DNA from: an uncultured bacterium
GTDB lineage: Bacteria > Babelota > Babeliae > Babelales > JACPOV01
Direction of reading: 5' to 3'
DNA length: 64,000 bases
Assembly: GCA_963744715.1 (NCBI GenBank)
Contig: CAVUUR010000009.1
Location: 98,766 to 162,765 of the forward strand
The notes under the pieces were generated by a model, which worked only from the letters and a program-made list of their open reading frames with translations, ran no database searches and was not told where the DNA came from. A program made the position numbers and the translations under genes. This document shows positions 33,599 through 42,986 of the stretch, in pieces (positions within the stretch are counted from its first letter, which is position 1; each line of letters begins with the position of its first letter).

Positions 33599-34045
33599 AT
33601 GGTTAAGATTGGTCAACAAGCACCAGATTTTAAGCTTAACGATGAGACAGGTATTGCGCGTAGTTTGTCTGAATTTAAGGGTAAAAAAATTGTTATTTAT
33701 TTTTATCCAAAAGATAATACGCCTGGTTGTACCAAAGAAGCTTGCGGGTTGCGTGATGCATATCAGATGTACAACAGTAATAATATTGTAATTCTTGGCA
33801 TAAATTACGATTCTCCTGAATCGCACAAACAGTTCAAAGAAGAGCACAAATTACCCTTTGTGTTACTGAGTGATTCCGATCGAGAAGTGGCGCGTTCTTA
33901 TGGCGCTTATCAAGGCATTATTAATATGCTTTTTCCTCAACGCATGACATTTTTAATTGACGAGCAAGGCAAGGTTATTCACATTTTTGAAAACGTCGAT
34001 ATTAGCACGCATGCACAAGATATTTTAAAGGCATTTGGCATATAA
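33599..34045 (+). CDS. bcp: Peroxiredoxin (BCP/PrxQ family)
   Basis: YFYPKDNTPGCTKEAC. Confidence 0.92.
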   Translation: MVKIGQQAPDFKLNDETGIARSLSEFKGKKIVIYFYPKDNTPGCTKEACGLRDAYQMYNSNNIVILGINYDSPESHKQFKEEHKLPFVLLSDSDREVARSYGAYQGIINMLFPQRMTFLIDEQGKVIHIFENVDISTHAQDILKAFGI

Positions 34046-34184
34046 AATTCGTAAAAAAAGTATCTTATCGAAATACTCCCCAGTTTTTAGGTGTTTAGAG
34101 AGCAAAAGTGGGGTATCTTGATTTTTTTACCATTTACTATAATATTAATAATAGAAATAAAAATATGAATTTATAAGGATTTAT

Positions 34185-35996
34185 ATGAATGCATTTAAAA
34201 AAATAGTAATTCTACTCAGTTGTATGGGTATAGGAAACACGAATCCCCTGTTTAAAGGGAGTTTCACCCCTAAAAAATCGCCTGGATTTAGCGCTGTTTC
34301 TGTTCCGGGTCAATACAGCTTGTTATCGCATAATAAGCATTCTTTAGCGTCTTTTCCCGTACAAAATAAGCAACAATCATTATTTGATACAGAAAAGATG
34401 AATAATGGGCAAAACTCATATCGTACGTATGCTGTCTATAACCAGCAGGCTAAAAAATTTAAGAGTAATTATACGTTCTTTAAAGGCGGAGCAGCCGTAA
34501 TTGCGGGTGCATTATTGGCCCTTTTATATGGTTCTGGGCAAGATGATGATGATAAAGAATCGGTACCAACAATACCAATAAAACCTGTAGAGCCAACGGA
34601 GCATAGAAGATTAGTTATTTTAATGGATTCAGATGGAACCATTACTAGATTATCTCACAATAGCTTTGAAGATTTTTTACAAGCTTCTTTTATTACGAAT
34701 GATACACCATTACTGATTCATGAAAATATATTAAATGCACAAGCAATAAAAAATATGAATACTGCCGCATGGGATATCTATAAAGTAGGAAAAGAATTTG
34801 TGCTGTTGATTCCACATGCGTATAAAAATCAGGTAGGTGATATAGGATTTCAGTTAGATAATGCCCAGAAGATTGTGAATATGTCAGAATATAAATACCA
34901 TCGCTCATATTTATCAGTTTTTTCCGACTTTTTAGTATTGGGAACAAAACACCGCCTAATGAATAAAGATCTTTCTACGCTGGTAAAGGAAAAAAAATGG
35001 GGTTCTGAATTGGTACCATGTTTAGAGCAATTATTTGAAAATGAAACCACTGCAAAAAAATATCGTTGGAATGTGGCTATTTTCGGACATGGTGGGATTG
35101 ATAAAACTGGTTACGTTGTAGGAATGCATGAGGATTATTTTAAGTCACTGTTAAATTTTTTAGATACTAACATTAATACTCATTCATTACTTTATGACGG
35201 TTGTTTTTCCGGAGGAACTCGTTTTGAAAAATTATTTGATAAGCCATATTCATATGCTGTTTTTTATACAGGCGGCATTGACGGCTTTGGATATGACCAT
35301 ACAGAATCTCTTAAAAAAGATTACAGGAGTGAAGGTTGGTTTGAAGAAATTGCAAAAACCGATGTGGTATCGAGTAATTTTTCAACACTGTCTTGTTTAG
35401 CATTGCTGCAGAGCTTTGGGGGGGGAAGTACTTTTGTCAGAGAACCGGACTCATTTCATTTTCATCCTATTCGGGTTAGCAAGTCTTATAAAAATGGGTA
35501 TTTAGCTACAGAATGTGACCATGCCGTATTAATATACGACCATGGTAATGGAATAGGACAGCAGGTAAAAACTCTTTTTATGGATAAGCCAATAGTTGAT
35601 GCATTGGTAAGGCCGCAATATGTTCAAGGAATATCTTCTGACGCACAATACACCATTAAACAACTCATGTTACCTATTCATGGGCCTTTGGAACCGCGTG
35701 ATATTGCAAAAAACTTATGCGAAATATTTTGTAACGATCAAAAGGGATATGAAAAGAGTATGCTCAACAAAGAATTTATCATTGAGAGTATTATTATACC
35801 AGCTTGGAATGAAAAAGAGTATACGCAAGAAATTACTAATGCCGTTGTAAAAGTGACTGCAACAGGCAGTAAGATTGAATGTGCTATGACCTTTAAAGAT
35901 AACAATAATAATACGTATGAAGCTTCAGGGTTCAGAAAACCAACAATAAAAGCTTATGAAGTTATTTTGCAAAAAATGAATCAGATTCCTTCTTAG
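34185..35996 (+). CDS. Hypothetical secreted protein with possible clan CD (caspase/clostripain-like) peptidase motif
   Basis: Signal-like N-terminus, TM segment near aa 100-116, VAIFGHGG and LLYDGCFSGG. Confidence 0.65.
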   Translation: MNAFKKIVILLSCMGIGNTNPLFKGSFTPKKSPGFSAVSVPGQYSLLSHNKHSLASFPVQNKQQSLFDTEKMNNGQNSYRTYAVYNQQAKKFKSNYTFFKGGAAVIAGALLALLYGSGQDDDDKESVPTIPIKPVEPTEHRRLVILMDSDGTITRLSHNSFEDFLQASFITNDTPLLIHENILNAQAIKNMNTAAWDIYKVGKEFVLLIPHAYKNQVGDIGFQLDNAQKIVNMSEYKYHRSYLSVFSDFLVLGTKHRLMNKDLSTLVKEKKWGSELVPCLEQLFENETTAKKYRWNVAIFGHGGIDKTGYVVGMHEDYFKSLLNFLDTNINTHSLLYDGCFSGGTRFEKLFDKPYSYAVFYTGGIDGFGYDHTESLKKDYRSEGWFEEIAKTDVVSSNFSTLSCLALLQSFGGGSTFVREPDSFHFHPIRVSKSYKNGYLATECDHAVLIYDHGNGIGQQVKTLFMDKPIVDALVRPQYVQGISSDAQYTIKQLMLPIHGPLEPRDIAKNLCEIFCNDQKGYEKSMLNKEFIIESIIIPAWNEKEYTQEITNAVVKVTATGSKIECAMTFKDNNNNTYEASGFRKPTIKAYEVILQKMNQIPS

Positions 35997-36044
35997 CCTA
36001 ATGATTGATTATTTTATAATTTTTTTAAATACAAAAATAATGCA

Positions 36045-36560
36045 TTATTGTTTTTCATGATTAAGAAGCCATTGTTTGCGCGTTAAGCCGCCAGCATAAC
36101 CTCCTAAATCACCATTTTTATTAATAACACGATGACAAGGGATAACAATAGCGCATTTATTGGTAGCATTAGCCTGCGCAACAGCCCTAAAAGCAGTTGG
36201 TTGCTGTATGTGATGTGCTACATCACTATATGATTGTGTTTGTCCGTACGGAATTGTTGTTAATGTTTTCCAGACCGATTGTTGAAATGATGATCCAGCA
36301 AAAGCTAAAGGTATCGTAAATGTTCGTAATTGCCCATCAAAATAGTGCTGCAATTCTTGTTTAATTAAAGAACTGAGTTTGCTTGGACCATCTTTTATTA
36401 CAAATTTTTGCTTATTTGTTACAAGAGATATTTTTTTATCTAGATTATTTTTATCTGCAAAATCTAAAAAGTAGAGCAGACGATCATCGGCAAGGGCTAT
36501 CATATCTCCGATTGGTGTTGTAATTGAAAATTTGCTGAGTGTAATAATAGTGTGTTTCAA
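36045..36560 (-). CDS. ogt: Methylated-DNA--protein-cysteine methyltransferase
   Basis: FQQSVW, IPYG, IPCHRVI active site, GGYAGG. Confidence 0.93.
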   Translation of the reverse strand: MKHTIITLSKFSITTPIGDMIALADDRLLYFLDFADKNNLDKKISLVTNKQKFVIKDGPSKLSSLIKQELQHYFDGQLRTFTIPLAFAGSSFQQSVWKTLTTIPYGQTQSYSDVAHHIQQPTAFRAVAQANATNKCAIVIPCHRVINKNGDLGGYAGGLTRKQWLLNHEKQ

Positions 36561-36752
36561 GTGAAAAATCTTTCATAATGATGAAAAAAGTACAATTATA
36601 AAAACAGGTAAAACTGTTTGCTATGAGCAGCGTATGACTATGGATTTATTTTAATCAAAAGAATAGTAGTTTTATGGTAAAAAGTAAAATTTGAACAATG
36701 TATTACTACACTAATCTTGCTATTAGTACTATTTTATGATACAAATAGATAT

Positions 36753-36884
36753 ATGAAGATTATAATAAATTGTCCTAACAATGCATGTTCGAACACCACA
36801 TTTTTTGGCCTTAATAGTGCCAAGAGCCATATCTGTGCCCATTCTTATTATTCTTACGTATATAGGGGGTCGCAGTATGCCTAA
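36753..36884 (+). CDS. Putative attenuator leader peptide, 43 aa, Tyr-rich C-terminus
   Basis: Hand-translated MKIIINCPNNACSNTTFFGLNSAKSHICAHSYYSYVYRGSQYA*; followed by antiterminator/terminator. Confidence 0.75.
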   Translation: MKIIINCPNNACSNTTFFGLNSAKSHICAHSYYSYVYRGSQYA

Positions 36885-36918
36885 ATAATAAATTTAAGAA
36901 AATTTAAGGCTTTTGCGG

Positions 36919-36947
36919 AACCCCGGTTTTTAAAACCGGGGTTTTTT
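36919..36947 (+). terminator. Intrinsic terminator of attenuator 1
   Basis: aaccccggtttt-t-aaaaccgggg-tttttt, 28 nt upstream of the ABC binding-protein ATG. Confidence 0.85.
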
Positions 36948-36975
36948 ATTTGGTAAACATTTAACAAGGAATTTC

Positions 36976-37938
36976 ATGAAAAAAATAATGTTGAGTATTG
37001 GTATTACGATCATATTTTTTGCAAGTTTCGTTATGGTTAAACGAAGTAAGCAACCAACGAAAACTGCTGCGTATGCCGTCGGTATCGTGCAAACGGCATC
37101 GCATCCGGCACTTGATGCTGTGCGTGAAGGATTTATTGAAGTATTACAACGTAAAATGGGTGACTCTATTGAGTTTGTGATTCAGAATGCACAAGGCTCA
37201 GTTGCTCAGGCTCATGCAATTGCTCAACAATTTCATAGCAACAAACAATATAATGGATTTTTTGCCATTGCCACACCCGCGGCTCAAGCTATGAGTGCGG
37301 TGCAAAAAGAAAAGCCACTTATTATTGCTGCAGTAACCGATCCGGATGCATTAGGCCTTATGCATCCAACTACTAATGTCTGCGGTGTCAATGATATGAT
37401 TGATGTTAGATCTGAGATAGAAATGCTTACGCAGTTACTACCGAATGTAAAAAAAGTTGGCCTTTTATATACCGCAGGAGAAGCAAATTCTATTGCGGTA
37501 ATAAAACAAATGCACCAGGAACTTGAAACGCGAGATTTAGCGTTTATTGATTTTGCAATAGGCAGTGAAGCGGATATTTCTGCCATGGTACATCTAGCTT
37601 GTCGAAAAACTGATGTTATTCTTGCCCCAACCGATAATATGGTTGCTTGCGCAATTGCAATAATTGCAACCATAGCAGGACACTATAAAAAACCTTTAAT
37701 CGTAAGTGATAATATGCTCGTTAAGTTTGGTGCGCTTGCAGCGCGTGGTGTTGATTATAAAGCTCATGGTAAACAAGCTGGAGAGGTGGCGTACAAGATT
37801 CTTGTTGAAGGAAAAAAGCCATGCGAGTTACCGATTGAACCAACAAAAAGTGAACAAATAGTGGTTAACCAAGCAACGTTAGCAGCACTCGGATTGACTA
37901 TTCCCCATGAATTGCAACCGTATGTTGTCTTAGTCTGA
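36976..37938 (+). CDS. ABC transporter substrate-binding protein (ABC_sub_bind/TrpX-like, aromatic amino acid)
   Basis: HPALDAVREGF, NAQG, IATPAAQ, AVTDP, PTDN; N-terminal anchor. Confidence 0.88.
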   Translation: MKKIMLSIGITIIFFASFVMVKRSKQPTKTAAYAVGIVQTASHPALDAVREGFIEVLQRKMGDSIEFVIQNAQGSVAQAHAIAQQFHSNKQYNGFFAIATPAAQAMSAVQKEKPLIIAAVTDPDALGLMHPTTNVCGVNDMIDVRSEIEMLTQLLPNVKKVGLLYTAGEANSIAVIKQMHQELETRDLAFIDFAIGSEADISAMVHLACRKTDVILAPTDNMVACAIAIIATIAGHYKKPLIVSDNMLVKFGALAARGVDYKAHGKQAGEVAYKILVEGKKPCELPIEPTKSEQIVVNQATLAALGLTIPHELQPYVVLV

Positions 37939-37997
37939 TAACGATAAAAAAATGATGAACTTGCTATTTGTATTATTGTATGTTACCATAAAAAAGC

Positions 37998-38141
37998 ATG
38001 AAGATAACGATGAATCGTTCTAACAACTTATTATCGAATACAGAAGTTCTTGGCCTAGATAGGGCCACAGGCAATCATTGTGTCGTTTCTCATACCAATT
38101 ATTATTTTTACTTTACACTATGGGGATCGCAGTATGCCTGA
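37998..38141 (+). CDS. Putative attenuator leader peptide, 47 aa, Tyr/Phe/Trp-rich C-terminus
   Basis: Hand-translated MKITMNRSNNLLSNTEVLGLDRATGNHCVVSHTNYYFYFTLWGSQYA*. Confidence 0.75.
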   Translation: MKITMNRSNNLLSNTEVLGLDRATGNHCVVSHTNYYFYFTLWGSQYA

Positions 38142-38175
38142 GGTATAAGTTTAAAAAATTTATAAGGCAGTTGTG

Positions 38176-38207
38176 AAAACCCCGGTTTTAAAAGCCGGGG
38201 TTTTTTT
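38176..38207 (+). terminator. Intrinsic terminator of attenuator 2
   Basis: aaaaccccggtttt-a-aaagccgggg-ttttttt. Confidence 0.85.
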
Positions 38208-38251
38208 ATTGCAAAAAGTTGAAAGTTTGATGTTCATGAAAGGAAAAATAC

Positions 38252-39226
38252 ATGAAAAAAATTAGAATACAAGAAAGCTTCGTGAAAAAAACGATATTGA
38301 TTATCATGGGGATTATCTGTTTGGTTACTATAATTCAAGGTATAAAAAAACCAGTAATAACTGCCGCTTATACCGTTGGTATAATGCAAACGGCATCGCA
38401 TCCGGCACTCGATGCGGTGCGTGAAGGATTTATTGAAACATTAAAAAATAAGATGGGCAATACTGTTGAATTTGTGATTCAGAATGCACAAGGTTCAGTT
38501 GCTCAGGCTCACGCAGTTGCCCAACAATTTCATGCCAACAAACAATATAATGGATTTTTTGCCATTGCTACGCCTGCTGCGCAAGCCATGAGTGCCATAG
38601 AAAAAGAAAAGCCAATTATTATTGCTGCAGTAACCGATCCAAGCATTTTAGGAGCACAGACTAATATTTGCGGTGTTCATGACATGATTGATATGCATAA
38701 AGAAATTGATATGGTTCATCAATTATTGCCTCATGCACAAACTATTGCATTATTGTATAACAATGGAGAAGCAAACTCTATTGCACAAATTCAAATTATT
38801 AAGAAAGAACTGAAAGAGCTCAACGTAGATTGTCTTGAGTTAGGAATTGTTCAAGAAAATGATATCGCAACCGTTGTTGCTATGGCTTGTCGAAAAGCTG
38901 ATGTGCTACTGTGTCCAACTGATAATATGCTAGCATCGGCTATGGATTTGGTAGCATCAATTGCACATGCCAATAAAAAACCACTCATTGCATGCCATAA
39001 TCAGGCAGTAAATCAAGGTGCGCTTGCAGCGCGTGGTGTTGATTATAAAGCTCATGGTAAACAAGCTGGAGAGGTGGCGTACAAGATTCTTGTTGAAGGA
39101 AAAAAGCCATGCGAGTTACCGATTGAACCGACAAAAAGTGAACAGATAGTGGTTAACCGAGCAACGTTGACAGCACTTGGTTTGACTATTCCTGATGCGT
39201 TGCAGCCATATATTGTTTTAGTTTGA
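38252..39226 (+). CDS. ABC transporter substrate-binding protein (paralog of 36976..37938)
   Basis: Same motifs; 113-bp identical block near 3' end. Confidence 0.88.
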   Translation: MKKIRIQESFVKKTILIIMGIICLVTIIQGIKKPVITAAYTVGIMQTASHPALDAVREGFIETLKNKMGNTVEFVIQNAQGSVAQAHAVAQQFHANKQYNGFFAIATPAAQAMSAIEKEKPIIIAAVTDPSILGAQTNICGVHDMIDMHKEIDMVHQLLPHAQTIALLYNNGEANSIAQIQIIKKELKELNVDCLELGIVQENDIATVVAMACRKADVLLCPTDNMLASAMDLVASIAHANKKPLIACHNQAVNQGALAARGVDYKAHGKQAGEVAYKILVEGKKPCELPIEPTKSEQIVVNRATLTALGLTIPDALQPYIVLV

Positions 39227-39238
39227 TAAGGATACATA

Positions 39239-40083
39239 ATGATTGAATTACTCAACATAGCACAAGGTATTATTGAGCGCGGTCTTATTTTTGGTGTTGT
39301 GGTGGCCGCAGTGTACGTAGCTTCACGCCTCGTTAAGTTTGATAATTTAGCCGTTGAGGGTGCATTCGGATTAGGTGGTGCACTAACGGCGCTGTTAATA
39401 AGTTACGGCGTAAATCCATGGATGGGCCTTATTGGTGCAGCATGCATTGGGGGAATATCAGGAATAATTACCGGATTACTTAATACTTCCTTAAAATTAA
39501 ACAATTTGATTAGCGGCATTGTAGTGAGCACCGGTGCATTTTCTGTAACATTGAAAATAGCTGGATCAAATATGTCATTATACGGCAACCAAACTATTTT
39601 TACGCTCATGCCATTGGCGCTAGCGCCGTATCAATCACTACTGTGCTTACGTTTGTTTGTTGCATACTTTTTTATTTCATTAATTGGTTGTTAACAACAG
39701 AAGTTGGTTTTTTATTGTATGCGGTTGGTGATAATCCGCAGATGCTTACCAATGTTGGTAAAAGTGTGCAGGGATATACGATGTTAGGATTAGCGATCTC
39801 CAATACCTTGGCAGCATTAAGCGGGGCATTGTTTGTGCAATATGCCGGTTATTTTTCAATTTGGGCAAGCGTTGGTGTTTTAATTATTGGCTTGGCCGGT
39901 ATGATACTAGCGCAAGCATTAAGTAATAATTTTGGCATTGCTCTTCTAGTTGGTTCAATTGCATACCAAGCAATTATAGCACTCACCTTTGAATTACAGC
40001 TTGACCAAGATTGGAACAAATTAATTACCGCATCACTTATTGTAATACTTATTATGCTTAAACAATGGTTGCCTAAAAAATAG
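39239..40083 (+). CDS. ABC transporter permease (frameshift near 39645)
   Basis: Multi-TM; LAVEGAFGLGGA, AVGDNP, ALSGALFVQY; split into ORFs 39239 and 39643. Confidence 0.87.
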
Positions 40084-40090
40084 GATTATT

Positions 40091-40846
40091 ATGTTACAAC
40101 TTAAAAATATTAATGTATGGTTTGATAATAATCATATCGTGCGCGATATTTCTTGCGATGTTCAGCCAGGTGATTTTATTGTTATTGTTGGTACCAATGG
40201 TGCTGGGAAAACGACCCTCTTTGATGCTATTGCAGGAAAAATAAAACCAAACAGTGGCGCTATTGTAGTTGATAATGTTGATATTACCGCATTGCATGAA
40301 CAACAACGTGCTCATATTATTACGCGTCTTTTTCAAAATACGAAATTAAATTCGGTGGGGTCATTAACGGTAGCGCAAAATCTTGCTATGGCGAACTACA
40401 GCCGGCGCCGTGCGCGTCTTGTCGACGGTATGCAGGTAATGCCTCAAGAGTTGGCAGAAAAAATAATAACCGAACTTGGTGGTGATGTATCACTATTAGA
40501 AAAACCAATGAATGCCTTGTCGGGAGGGCAACGACAACTGATTGCATTTGTGATGGCAACACAAGCAATACCGAAAATATTGTTGCTTGATGAGCCTACT
40601 GCGGCACTTGACCCACAAGCTTCAACAATATTACTGCATCATGCAACAAAATTTATTAAACAACATGCGATAACTACGTTGCTGATAACGCATGATCCAC
40701 ATATTGCTTTAAGCATTGGTAATAAAATTTGGGTTTTGGAACATGGTAGGATTACTAAGCAGTATGGTGAACAAGAAAAGAAACATTTGAATCCGGATCA
40801 GCTGATTGGCCAGATTGATTATGCAAAAATTTCTCAATATTATTAA
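40091..40846 (+). CDS. ABC transporter ATP-binding protein
   Basis: GTNGAGKT, LSGGQRQ, LLLDEPTAALDP, ITH. Confidence 0.93.
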   Translation: MLQLKNINVWFDNNHIVRDISCDVQPGDFIVIVGTNGAGKTTLFDAIAGKIKPNSGAIVVDNVDITALHEQQRAHIITRLFQNTKLNSVGSLTVAQNLAMANYSRRRARLVDGMQVMPQELAEKIITELGGDVSLLEKPMNALSGGQRQLIAFVMATQAIPKILLLDEPTAALDPQASTILLHHATKFIKQHAITTLLITHDPHIALSIGNKIWVLEHGRITKQYGEQEKKHLNPDQLIGQIDYAKISQYY

Positions 40847-40923
40847 AAAATAAACTAAGCATGTATTTCAGGTCCCAAATATTTCTTGGGCCCATGGAGC
40901 AAATGCATCGTTATTTTTTATAG

Positions 40924-41286
40924 TTAATGTGTTGTATGAAATAAATTGTAGCTGTATATTGTATCCGGCCATGAATCCTGCCAGGTATATCCTTCTAAAC
41001 ATGTCATAAGGCCGTCTTTTATAAATAAAACAAATCCATATCCATAAACGTCATTTATAGTGGCGTCAACATCACCATAACCATATTCAACTGGCTCAAT
41101 TATATGGAGAACATTATTGGGCACAATAAAATCAGTAAAAAACCCGACACCAGTAAAATCTCTGCATTCTATATGTACACGTTTATACTGCTCTCGTAAT
41201 ACATTATTAATTGAAGTATCATGTTCCATTATTTTGTGCATAACTGCTTGTTCAAATTTTTCAAACGGTATTATTTTTCTGATCAT
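40924..41286 (-). CDS. Small hypothetical protein, putative orphan immunity protein
   Basis: Last gene of array behind toxin; RDFTGVGFFTDF...GFVLFIKDG...LEGYT. Confidence 0.65.
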   Translation of the reverse strand: MIRKIIPFEKFEQAVMHKIMEHDTSINNVLREQYKRVHIECRDFTGVGFFTDFIVPNNVLHIIEPVEYGYGDVDATINDVYGYGFVLFIKDGLMTCLEGYTWQDSWPDTIYSYNLFHTTH

Positions 41287-41290
41287 TAAT

Positions 41291-41674
41291 CTAATCTCTC
41301 AGTTTTTTTCCAAAGGTATATGAACCTTCTTTAATTTTGGAAAATATATGTTGTTTTAGTTCTTGATCATCAATTCTATCAAAATCATTGGTAAACCAAC
41401 GTAATGAATCGGGCAAACCTAAATTTTCTTTATACAGCAAGAGAGCCAATGTTGCTTGAATTTTTTCTAGCATAGCAAAGTAATCATCGGCCAATTCAAG
41501 TTTTTCGCAATTTTTTATCATAGAAAAAATATACATAATTTCCTGACCTAGCAATGACGGATTATTAGATAGATCAATTCCTATATTTTCTAATTCTTTC
41601 AATTTTTTATCTAAATCTATTGATGAAATGAGCATATTACGCAAGTAATCCTTATCATTGTTTTTAATGTTCAA
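41291..41674 (-). CDS. Small hypothetical protein, putative orphan immunity protein
   Basis: 127 aa, tightly packed in array, no signal peptide. Confidence 0.55.
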   Translation of the reverse strand: MNIKNNDKDYLRNMLISSIDLDKKLKELENIGIDLSNNPSLLGQEIMYIFSMIKNCEKLELADDYFAMLEKIQATLALLLYKENLGLPDSLRWFTNDFDRIDDQELKQHIFSKIKEGSYTFGKKLRD

Positions 41675-41679
41675 CTAAA

Positions 41680-42069
41680 TCATAGTATTTTTTCTGATCC
41701 AAAAGTTTTTTTATGCCAATATCCTTTTGGTTTACCATAAAACCATTCTTTGTTATTTTGATTTAAGAAGATTGTCAATTGTTTCATTGATATTTTATAT
41801 CGATAAAATAATGCAATTAATTCTCGTAAATCATCATCTGGTATTATGTTGCTTTTAATATACAAATGTAATTCATCAGAAATTCCACGAAATTCAATTA
41901 TTGATGGTATTCTTTTGATCCATTCAAAAAATAAATCTTCATCAATGCTGGAATAATACCAAACTGATTTTCCTACTAAAGTAATGTGTTCATTATTTTT
42001 TGTATAAAATCTGAGAGGTGTACAGATGAGTGTTATTTGTTTATTGAATTTGTTGATAATCTTCTCCAT
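41680..42069 (-). CDS. Small hypothetical protein, putative orphan immunity protein
   Basis: DEDLFFEWIKRI...LRELIALFYRY...YWH; array position. Confidence 0.62.
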   Translation of the reverse strand: MEKIINKFNKQITLICTPLRFYTKNNEHITLVGKSVWYYSSIDEDLFFEWIKRIPSIIEFRGISDELHLYIKSNIIPDDDLRELIALFYRYKISMKQLTIFLNQNNKEWFYGKPKGYWHKKTFGSEKIL

Positions 42070-42514
42070 CAGTTTTAATACTTAATGAAGCAAAAAAATC
42101 ATACAAATCGATACTCCACTCATCAACAGGTTGGGTTGCTCTTGCCATAAGATATAAATAACATGTTTGAGCATTATAAGGAGGAAGTTTAGCTCGTTTT
42201 CTTTTAAATGTTTGACCCCCAAGAATATGAATTTGTACGTAGACCATATTACGAACCTTATATAATGCCCATAGACTCATACGTGGATTTGTTTCTAAAG
42301 TCGATATATCAGCAATCAGACAAGAAACATTATGAGTTTTAAGTCTATCAATGCCTTCTTTCCACTGTTGTTTGTATTCTTGAATTGTCCATGAGTCAAG
42401 AGACATAATAAATTTTTCCTTATAATCACCTATGGTAATTTGTCCCCACTCACACAATTCACCAGCAATCTTTTTTGGCTTTTTGCTAACAACTTCTATC
42501 TTGAATTTCTTCAT
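42041..42514 (-). CDS. CdiI(ECL)-like immunity protein, second copy
   Basis: Paralog of 42987..43484: GQITIGDYKEKF, WTIQEYKQQWKEG, WALYKV, EWSI. Confidence 0.75.
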   Translation of the reverse strand: MKKFKIEVVSKKPKKIAGELCEWGQITIGDYKEKFIMSLDSWTIQEYKQQWKEGIDRLKTHNVSCLIADISTLETNPRMSLWALYKVRNMVYVQIHILGGQTFKRKRAKLPPYNAQTCYLYLMARATQPVDEWSIDLYDFFASLSIKTDGEDYQQIQ

Positions 42515-42545
42515 GGTAACTTTCTATAAATTTCCTGTTGGTGCA

Positions 42546-42983
42546 TTATGATGTGCGTATTAATTGCACTTTAGGTTCGCATGTATCAATAATATCTACT
42601 ATCGAATCTGCTGCAACGATAGAAAAATGTATGAATGATAATGAATCGCTAATACCATATGATTCTTCTGATAACCATTGTACATATGATGAATTAGTTA
42701 CTTTAAAGAATGTCCAATCTCCATAAAATTTTGAGCCGTAGCGCTCATCAAGTATGTTTATAGTATTTAATCTAAAACTTTCATCAACACTTCGATAAGA
42801 ATCTACAGAACCTTCAAAGGTTATTAAAACCTTATTGTTTTCATTATTATAATCAGAGAGCCAGACTTTAAATCCATCAATAGCATCAACAATTGAATCA
42901 ACATAATACTTAGCGGCCAAACCTTGTACTGGTTCCCATTTTTCCCATTGTTCTAGCATCGTTATCATTTCTGTATTATTCAT
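42546..42983 (-). CDS. Small hypothetical protein, putative orphan immunity protein
   Basis: Acidic 145 aa, no signal peptide, located in array. Confidence 0.62.
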   Translation of the reverse strand: MNNTEMITMLEQWEKWEPVQGLAAKYYVDSIVDAIDGFKVWLSDYNNENNKVLITFEGSVDSYRSVDESFRLNTINILDERYGSKFYGDWTFFKVTNSSYVQWLSEESYGISDSLSFIHFSIVAADSIVDIIDTCEPKVQLIRTS

Positions 42984-42986
42984 TCC

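Noticed and set aside
36780-36950. T-box riboswitch upstream of the ABC binding proteins
   Set aside because: No T-box consensus (GGTGG-ACC) or stem I motifs seen; leader-peptide model fits better
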